Positions 55,863 to 64,000 of a DNA stretch of 64,000 nt are shown here, in pieces. A model generated the notes under the pieces. That model did no database searches. It was not told the DNA's origin and saw only the letters and a list, made by a program, of their open reading frames with translations. The position numbers were made by a program, and so were the translations under genes. Source of the stretch: an uncultured Phycisphaerales bacterium. Its GTDB lineage: Bacteria; Planctomycetota; Phycisphaerae; Tepidisphaerales; Tepidisphaeraceae. Position 1 is the first letter of the stretch. Every line of letters starts with the position of its first letter. Where the stretch lies: positions 512,001 through 576,000 of the forward strand of contig CAWBWQ010000001.1 in NCBI GenBank assembly GCA_963792535.1, read 5' to 3'.

Positions 55863-57023
55863 TCAGACGCCAATGCGTGTTGCTTCTTCCGGGACGCTGG
55901 CGAAAGGGTAATCGATGTAGCCGCGCATGGAAGGTGTAGAAGGTGCCGGGGTCGTATTTGTTGAGCGGAAGCCCTAGCTTGATGCGGTGAGGAAGATCAG
56001 GGTTGGAGACAAAGAATCGGCCGAATGCGACTGCGTCGGCATCGCCTTTCTCTACGACGGCGTCCGCCGTCTCTGGTGCAAAGCCGCCGGCAGAGACGAT
56101 CTTGCCTTTAAATATCTTCCGTAGTTGCGCCGTGGCGACGGGAGCTTGCCCTTCAGCGATGACGACGCTTCCCTTTACGCGCGGCTCGACGATGTGAAGG
56201 TAGGCTAGTCCGAACCGATTTAACTGCTCGGCGACATAACCGAACAGCGCGCTGGGGTTGCTATCCGACATGCCGTTCCATGTGCCACCTGGCGCGATCC
56301 GTACGGCAACGCGGTCGCCTCCCCACACTGACGCCATAGCCTCCACGACTTCCAACAAAAAACGTGATCTGTTTTCAATTGGACCACCGTAGGCGTCAGT
56401 ACGCTTGTTGCTACCGTCTTGCAGGAACTGGTCCGGCAGATAGCCATTGGCGGCGTGGAGTTCGACGCCATCAAAGCCAGCCGCTTTCGCGCGAAGGGTA
56501 GCGTTGCAGTAATCATCGACGATCTGACGAATTTCAGAAATCTCGACGCCCGGTGCGGCGATGCTATGGACCAGCCAGTGGGCGTTGAAACCAGGTGTGA
56601 TTTGTCAGGCCAGTACCCCGGGTTCACTGAAGCTGAGACGGGGAGCGGCCCGCCTGTCATCGATACATGCGACGAGCGCCCGGTATGCCACAATTGAGAG
56701 ACCATCTTACCACCCCTGGCGTGAACTGTGTCCAACACCTTTCGCCAACCTTCGACCTGCTGATCGGCGTACATGCCGGGTGCCCCGTACCAACCTCGGG
56801 CGGTCTTTGAGATTGTCGTTGCTTCGGAAATGATGAGCCCTCCTTGCGATGCGCGTTGACCATAATATTCGGCCATGAGTGAACCTGGCACTTCGCCTGG
56901 CTGCTCGGCCCGCGAACGTGTGAGAGGCGCCATCACCACGCGATGACCTAGTGCAATCGCTCCCAGATGGACTGGTGTGAACAAGCTGCTTGTGCTGTGA
57001 TTGTTGCTTTTAGCTTCAGGCAT
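55863..57023 (-). CDS. Alkene reductase (Old Yellow Enzyme/NemA-like), frameshifts at ~56545 and ~55922
   Basis: VVMAPLTRSRA, YYGQRAS, LIISEAT, QLWHTGR, GFDGVELHAANGYL in the alternate frame, VAFGRFFVSNPDLP, GYIDYP. Confidence 0.92.
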
Positions 57024-57073
57024 GATTTACCTCAGCAATATTAGTATGCAGGCGGATTGACATAAGTTGTGAT

Positions 57074-58090
57074 TTAGCTTGCAAAGTCGGCATCCAGAAC
57101 AATCCGATATCGCGCGTTGCCGGCTTCCAATCGTTCTATGGCCTGATTGATTTTGCTCATGGGCATATGCTCAGTTTGCGGGCTGATCCTGTGCCGGGCT
57201 GCAAAGTCAAGCATCGTCGCGATGCCAACTGGCGAGCCGGTTGGGGAGCCGGACACATTTTTCTGCCCAACAATCAGCGGGAATGCTTGGACCGCAATGG
57301 GTTCCAAAACTGCTCCCACAACATGTAATCGCCCGATTGGCGCGTACAGATCGAATCAGCGCATCCCAGTCGAGCGGTACGTTCACAGTCACGATCAGCA
57401 GGTCAAACTTTCCTGCCAAGTTCTTAATCGCCGTCGTGTCGCGAGATAGGACAATGTGATGCGCACCGAAGCCGCGTGCCTCGTCGAACTTTGATTCGCT
57501 TGAGGTGAACGCCGTCACATCGCAGCCGTATCCCGCGGCAAACTTCACTCCCATATGCCCAAGCCCACCAATCCCAACGATCCCTACGTGGCTGGTCGGT
57601 GAGGCATGAGCTGCGAGTGGATTAAACACCGTGATCCCGCCGCACAATAGCGGTCCGGCATCGACAAAATTCAGCGCGTCGGGTAAAGGGATGGCCCAAG
57701 CCCAATGCGATCGCACGTGGCTTGCGAATCCGCCTTGATGACCAACGATCGTCGGAACTGCCGTATTACAAAGATGCTGCTGGCCGGAGAGGCACTGCCT
57801 GCAATGAAGGCAGCTTTCAGCCGTCCAACCAACGCCAACGCGCTGACCTACTTTGATACCCCGCGCCCCGGACCCACTTGAGTCACCCGGCCAACAACCT
57901 CGTGGCCGAACACGGCTGGAAACTGCGACCAGTTCCAATCGTTCTGCAGCATCGAAATGTCTGAGTGGCACAGGCCGCAGTGCTCGACCTTCACCTCAAC
58001 ATCTTCCGCTGCAAGCGGACCAAGATCGATCCGCTGACGAACTAACTTGCTTTTTGCTGCTGTGGCAACCCACGCGTCGATCATCGTCAT
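57074..58090 (-). CDS. NAD(P)-dependent zinc alcohol dehydrogenase/aldehyde reductase (Ahr-like), two frameshifts
   Basis: CGLCHSD, GHEVVG, CLHCRQC..C, PLLCGGITVF, GIGGLGH, ARYRIVL. Confidence 0.9.
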
Positions 58091-58145
58091 AAAATTCTCC
58101 AGGAGTATTCGAACTATTCCCCGATTTCAGTTTAATAGGCCCTGT

Positions 58146-58886
58146 TCAGGCATTCGTGCCACCATCAACTGTCAGACTTGCACCGGTAATGTAAGACGCT
58201 TCTGGCCCGGCGATGAATGCCACCATCGCGGCAATGTCATCGACATGCCCGTACCGGTTGAGTGCCGTAAGTGCTTTTTGCGGGACTGCCCAATCACCTG
58301 AAGCCGGGTTCAAATCCGTGTCAATCGGGCCAGGCTGGATGTTGTTGACGGTGATGCCTCTGCTGCCCACCTCTCTGGCCAACCCCTGGGCTAACATCTT
58401 CACAGCGCCCTTGGTGGCTGCGTACGGCACCAGGCCGGGTGTCATCATTCGCTCGCCGACGCATGAGCCGATCATGATGATCCTTCCGCCATCTTGCATG
58501 TGTTTTAGCGCCGCCTGCGTGGCGAGGAACACGCCGCGGATGTTGATGTCAATCACGCGGTCCAATTCTTCAAGCGTGGCATCTTCGAACTTGTTGGGAA
58601 TCGCCGTGCCGGCGTTGTTGACCAGCACGTCAAGGCGACCGAACCTGGCGACGGCCTTCTCAACGGCACTCTTAACAGCCGCGGCATCGGCAGCATCTGC
58701 CTGGATAGCGATCGCCTTTCCACCTGCGCCTTCAATTGCCTTAACCACCGATGCCGCAGCGTCGGCGCCCTTGGCATAGGTGATCGCGACGTTGGCGCCG
58801 TCGGCAGCCAGACGTTTGGCGATCGCAGCACCAATGCCACGCGAACCCCCGGTTACTAAAGCCACTTTATTGCTTAACTTCGACAT
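58146..58886 (-). CDS. Short-chain dehydrogenase/reductase
   Basis: VTGGSRGIG, LVNNAG, YAATK, IQPGPIDT, YITGASLTVDGG. Confidence 0.95.
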   Translation of the reverse strand: MSKLSNKVALVTGGSRGIGAAIAKRLAADGANVAITYAKGADAAASVVKAIEGAGGKAIAIQADAADAAAVKSAVEKAVARFGRLDVLVNNAGTAIPNKFEDATLEELDRVIDINIRGVFLATQAALKHMQDGGRIIMIGSCVGERMMTPGLVPYAATKGAVKMLAQGLAREVGSRGITVNNIQPGPIDTDLNPASGDWAVPQKALTALNRYGHVDDIAAMVAFIAGPEASYITGASLTVDGGTNA

Positions 58887-58955
58887 ATAGATCTCCTGTT
58901 TGGGTAAAAAATAGTTTGAACGGTTCTCACATCGCGAGTCACCCGCCGTCGACTT

Positions 58956-59136
58956 TCAGCGAAGTTCCGGTCGTCCAGTCAAAACAACCTTCGCTCCCGC
59001 CTCGGCGAATGCGATAGCGGTAACCCGGCCGATGCCCGAGGTGCCTCCGGTAACCAGCACCACCTTGTTCTCATAAGAAAGGATTTTGAGTGCGCTGAAA
59101 GGGTGGCTTGATTGTCGACATATTTGTAGTGACCAT
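58956..59136 (-). pseudogene. Truncated SDR N-terminal fragment
   Basis: ENKVVLVTGGTSGIGRVTAIAFAEAGAKVVLTGR then a stop; only ~70 bp to the next gene, so this is a real deletion. Confidence 0.75.
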
Positions 59137-59391
59137 TTCGCTGTCTCCTTTATGTCAGGCTCTTATGAAGCGTCCACGGCGTTTCTTTAAGGTGACCTCC
59201 TGAGCGTAGCCATCGGACAGACATGACGGCAGAATGCCGTCAAGTTGTTTGCGGATGCAGGATTACGGCGATTTTTTATTTTCTGGACGGAGGAATGTGT
59301 CTGTTTATGTCGCGGTCTTACGCTTAGGAAGTAGATGCTTTTGGCTGAATGCTTGGTGGAACCGATCGGCTCTGATGTATATTTGGGGCCC

Positions 59392-60011
59392 ATGGACGTT
59401 GGCCAAACAACAATCGTCGTGCAGCGATTTCTTGACGACCTGCAGTGCGTCGGCGGTAAGAGTCCCGACCCGTTTTTGGTTCGGCAGCTACTGGGGCGTT
59501 CCGCCAATCGCCTGCACCTGCTGACCGCCCGGTTGTTGCACCAGAGCTATCCTCGCTTAATGAAAGGTCCCTGCAATCTTCGGTCTGAAGAGGTTCTCAG
59601 TGCGGTAGTCGAACGGATGATTAAGGCGATGCGTTCAATTCGGCCCGGAACCGTTCGCGAATTTTTTGCACTGGCGAGCCAGCACATGCGATGGGAGTTG
59701 AATGATATTGCACGCCGGTTTGACAAGGAAACCCGCGCAATCGAACTTCGCGAATCATTGATTCAGGTGCCATTCGAGAGCGATGTTGAGGAAGAAAGTG
59801 TGAAGATTCCCAGGATTCTAGCAGCCCTTGAAGATCTTCCGAAAGAGGAACGCGAATCGTTTTTTCTGGTTCGACTTCAGGGGTTGTCATTTGCCGAAGC
59901 TGCGGCAGTGACAGGCGTGTGTGAGAGAACTGTAAATCGGCGGGTCAAACGCAGCCTGGCACTTCTACACATTTCCTGGCGGATCTTGCGCCGGTCACGA
60001 CCACCGAATAG
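59392..60011 (+). CDS. Planctomycete ECF sigma factor (kinase-associated), frameshift at ~59972
   Basis: QTTIVVQRFL, REFFALASQHMRWELNDIAR, LEDLPKEERE..GLSFAEAAAVTGVCERTVNRR. Confidence 0.85.
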
Positions 60012-60030
60012 TGGAGCGGACAGGCAGCCA

Positions 60031-62892
60031 ATGGACGACAACAATCGAATCCTGCATTTGCTTGAGGATCTGATCGATTCTGAAAATACACCAGAGATGG
60101 TGTGCGCCGATTTTCCCGAGTTTTGGTTGAGGTGCGCCTGCGCTGGGCGCTGTGTCAGCGGATCGATGCCAAGATCGGTGCGCTGTTTGCTCCGTCCGCT
60201 GATCCTCCGGACGATGGCGCTTCGGGTGATGACACCAGGCATGTCAACCCATCGGCGGAGGAACTGCCTCATATTCCCGGATATGAACTGCGAAGCGTTC
60301 TTGGACGGGGCGGAGTAGGCGTCGTCTACACCGCCCACCATGCCCGGCTGGATCGCCTTGTCGCACTGAAAATGCTGATCGCCGGTCCGTTCGCCAGCAC
60401 TGCAGAGCGGGCACGCCTGCTGCGCGAAGCCCGGGCGGTGGCGCGGTTGCGGCATGAGAACATCGTGCAGGTCTATGACGTCGGGGACTTCGAAGGCCGG
60501 CCCTTCTTCACAATGGAATTGGTCGAAGGAAGAACCCTTGCACCAGAGGTCGCGGGCACGCCTCAACCTGCTTCCAGAGCGGCCCAGATCGCGATGATTT
60601 TAGCCGAGGCCGTCGAGTTCGCTCACCGCGCGGGTATTGTTCACCGCGATTTGAAACCGTCGAACATTTTGCTCACGCCCGGTGGCATACCAAAGATCAC
60701 CGACTTCGGATTGGCCCGGTGCACGGCGGGTCAGGATTCGCTTACGTTGAATCGACTTGGAACACCCAGCTACATGGCTCCCGAGCGATGCACTGCCGTG
60801 GGCGATTCGGCAGAACCTACGGTCGATGTCTATTCGCTCGGAGCGATTCTCTATGAAATGTTGACAGGCAGACCACCGTTTCGCGGAGAGTCGGCCGCTG
60901 AGACCCAGCGCCAATTGCTGACGCAGGATCCGGTTTTACCCTCACGTTTCAACAAACCCCTTCCGCGCGACCTGGAAACCATCTGCCTGAAATGCCTTCA
61001 GAAGGACTGGCATCGGCGCTACGGTTCAGCGGCGGCGTTGGCGGAGGACCTACAGCGTTACCTGCAGGGTAAACCGATTCTGGCAAGACGAACCGGGCAA
61101 TTGGAACGGGCGTCTAAATGGGTTCGCAGGCATCCTGCCCTTGCCACTGCGATTGCCAGCGGGATGCTGGCGATCTTCATCATTGTTGCAGTTGCCACCT
61201 GGTTGATGTCGCAAAGCGCCTCTCGCACGCGGTCGGTGACAGACGAGTTGAACGAGGCTGCGCGGCTTCAGCATGACGGCTCCTGGCAGGAGGCGGATGC
61301 CGCTATAGAGCGCGCTACGGTGCGCCTGGCTGACCACGGACCCGATGGGTTGCGACAAAGCTCGCGCAGATTCGGAACGACTCGCAAGTGGCCTCCCTTC
61401 TGGATGCGATCGCCGCCAATGAGGTGAACAGCACCTCGGGCCAGCAGCGTCTGCCTCAATGCGACAGGGACTACCTGGATGCGTTTTATAAGAGTGGAAC
61501 CATGCTCGCATCCGATCCGCCCCGTGTCATCGCATCAAAAATCCGAGCATCAAACATCAGCGATCGGCTGATCAGCGCCCTCTACGACTGGAGCTTTGTT
61601 GCTCACTTTGCGAACCCGGCACGGCGTGGTTGGGTATGGGACATCATCGGTTGGGCCGACCATGATGCCAGCGGCCAGCGCGAGCACATCCGCGATTCAG
61701 CCGTTTGGAACGATCCGGAAAAACTTACAAAGTCTGCGAGCGAGCTTTCGGTCGCCCAGCAGCCGGTCGCGTTTTGCCTGGCCTTGAGTCATCAGGTTGG
61801 AGGAGCTTAGTCAGGATGAACTTCCGATTCCTGATTCGGATCCAGGATGCGCATCCGCAGGATTTCTGGGCAAACCTGAGCCTGGCCGACGCGCTTCAAT
61901 GGAGCGGACAAATCGCCCGAGGCAATACGTTACTATCAGGCGGCGATCGCTATTCGCCCGAGCGCGGCAGTGGCGCATTTCAACTTGGGCCTGGCCTTCG
62001 TAGCGGTCGGGCGAGATGCGGATGCGATGGAGCAGTACCGCCATGCGCTGCAGATCGATCCCGGAGCCTTTGTCGCGAGAGCCAACCTGTCAATCCTGAC
62101 TTTTCAAGGCGGGACAGTATTCAGACGCGATCGCACCGCTGAAGCAATGTCTGCAGGAGAAGCCGGAAATGACCCAGCTTCGACGGCTCTTTGGTCGAGC
62201 ACTTGAAATGACCGGTGATCTGGAACAATCCAGCGAGCAATACCGCGTGGCAGTTGAGCAGGAACCGACCAGTATGGATTTGCAGTGCTGCTACCGCGAC
62301 AGTCTTCTGAAGTTAAACAGAGAAGATGAAGCGTTTGCCGCATGGAAACATTTACGGGAAATCGACACGAAACGATTCGACCAGAGAGACGGATATTTTG
62401 AATTCTGCCTGTATCTCGGAAAGACTGAGGAATATCGGACGCTGCGCGATGATCTGCTGAACCGTTTTGCAGACAGCACAGACCGACATGTCTGCGAACG
62501 GATTGGGAGGGCCTGCCTGTTAACTCCGGGGTCTGAGGAAGAGCGAAGAAAGGCGACCGCCATGATTGATCGCGCGATGAGTGAGGAAAACTCCAACCCG
62601 ACAGGCTATATCGCATACTTCTCAGTCGCGAAAGCGCTTGCCGATTTCCGGGCCAACGACTTCGCGGCGGCAATTGATATCCTCAAAGGCAACCCCATGA
62701 ATAAGCTGGGACCCTCACCGCGTTTGATCCGCGCGATGGCGGAATTCAATCTCGGTAATAAGGACTTGAGCGCAGTCTGACCTGAAGCAAGCCATCTCCG
62801 GCTTCGATTGGAGCGGCAAGTCGGACGCCAGCGATTACTGGCTTTATCGAATACTGCGAAGACAGGCCGAACAGCTGATTTCGCCACAGTAA
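60031..62892 (+). CDS. Hanks-type Ser/Thr protein kinase with TM and TPR domains, several frameshifts
   Basis: LGRGGVGVVY, VALKM, HRDLKPSNIL, DFGLA, GTPSYMAPE, DLETICLKCL; TM helix, then TPRs (AHFNLGLA). Confidence 0.9.
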
Positions 62893-63113
62893 TGGTTCCA
62901 ACGCTTGGCGAGCCTCGCGTGATCGCGATTCATGCCAGATCTGATTATTCAGAAGGCACCGGCAACCTGAACTCGGATTTTTGGGTTTTCGTTTTTTTAA
63001 GAGTCGGTATGATTTTGCTTTGGGGCCAGCATATGTGAATCATCCGTGCCGGTAATGCTTTCCAAAAAGGCATTTTATGATGGGTTCCATTCGTTTTTCA
63101 CGAAAGGTTGGAC

Positions 63114-64000
63114 GTGCGCATAACCTGCGAGAAATCTCCCAGCCGCCGCGAATCTTCGGCCGGATTTACGCTCGTTGAGTTGCTGGTTGTGATCGGCATT
63201 ATCGCTCTGCTTATTTCGATACTGCTACCGGCATTAAGCCGCGCGGGAATCTGCCAGCAAGATAAAATGCCTCAGTAACCTTCGCCAGATCAGTTTGGCG
63301 ATGTTCATGTACACCAGTGACAACACCGGCTATTTTCCCGCCGCCGCTCGCGCAGATCGGCAGGAACCGAATGATTTTATCTTTTGGCAGCAGCCAAGCA
63401 TCTACTGGAATTCGACTCTATTTTCGGTCGCGTTGGGTAAACCCAGATCGTTGGACAACGGTGCCCTGGTGAGATACCTCGGCAAGCATTTCTATCCTCA
63501 AGCATGGACATGCCCCTCGGATGATCCGGGTTCGCACCTCGCGTTATACACACTGGTACCGGGCGTTTACCCCCATTATCCTTACAGCTATGCAATGAAC
63601 TATCTGCTGGACTCCACCTACGACTCCGTGGGGCCAACCGCGTGGATGGGTGGTGTTGTTAAGATTTCAAGGGTCCGCCACAGTTCTGCAACCATCATGA
63701 TGGTTGAGGAGGGCGCCTCCACAATTAACGATGGCACGTGGGTCATGACCAGATCTCCCGATTCGGCACCCGTGCCCGGTCCCGACTTTCTGGCCGTCCG
63801 ACACGACCGCACGGCCATTCTGCCCGAAGGTTTGCTTTCCGTTTATCCCACAATACGAGTTCAGCCTGTAGCCAGGCGAAGGATTGTGCTCTCCAATTAC
63901 GTTGCTCGCTGGCCCCCACGGAGGCACCATCCGCCGAACGCCCGCACCCTACCACGGCGGCGGCCACGCAGCACGGTAGCGGTAGCCGTATGTGAGGCTA
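63114..64000 (+). CDS. Prepilin-type N-terminal cleavage / DUF1559-like protein, frameshift at ~63245; no stop in the window
   Basis: GFTLVELLVVIGIIALLISILLPALSRA, KCLSNLRQISLAMFMY, WTCPSD, YSYAMN, LAVRH. Confidence 0.85.

Noticed and set aside
63982..64000. Group II intron domain V (AGCCGTATG)
   Set aside because: Too short, cut by the window edge, and no preceding intron domains or GTGCG 5' end at the junction
1..64000. CRISPR arrays, rRNA, tRNA, prophage genes
   Set aside because: No regularly spaced repeats, RNA gene signatures or phage structural genes seen by eye

Overview
64-kb chromosomal window, most likely from a planctomycete of class Phycisphaerae (Tepidisphaerales-like). This is inferred from the DUF1559/prepilin proteins, an ECF sigma factor paired with a Ser/Thr kinase, and recurring (P/A)TTQP tails. 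About 20 genes, including glyQS and pyrF, carry single-base frameshifts; these are best explained as uncorrected long-read indels, so I joined the split ORFs. 1-32 kb is mostly housekeeping: response regulator and diguanylate cyclase, pyrF, ndk, rpsT, glyQS, TMTC-like and DUF3524/GTDC1-like glycosyltransferases, rdgB, argD, gmd-fcl, a large AsmA-like protein, pstB-phoU, infA. 32-46 kb is accessory: a 412-bp non-autonomous IS1595-like element carrying a leaderless 44-aa gene and a long RNA hairpin, a cassette-like orphan gene, a SASA esterase with a GH2, a multi-TM patatin/cPLA2-like protein, a decayed FAD oxidoreductase and a complete IS5-family element. 46-55.7 kb is a tightly coupled six-gene operon: two tandem CsgG-like/beta-propeller paralogues, an ECF sigma factor, a ZAS anti-sigma, a secreted protein and a CsgG/HfaB-like protein. 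This operon is the best candidate for an undescribed system. 55.8-64 kb holds a redox-detox cluster, an ECF/Ser-Thr kinase pair and a prepilin-type gene that seems to be interrupted at the window edge. A structured RNA candidate lies between rpsT and glyQS. No tRNA, rRNA or CRISPR array was seen. All family assignments are from motif recognition by eye, not database searches.
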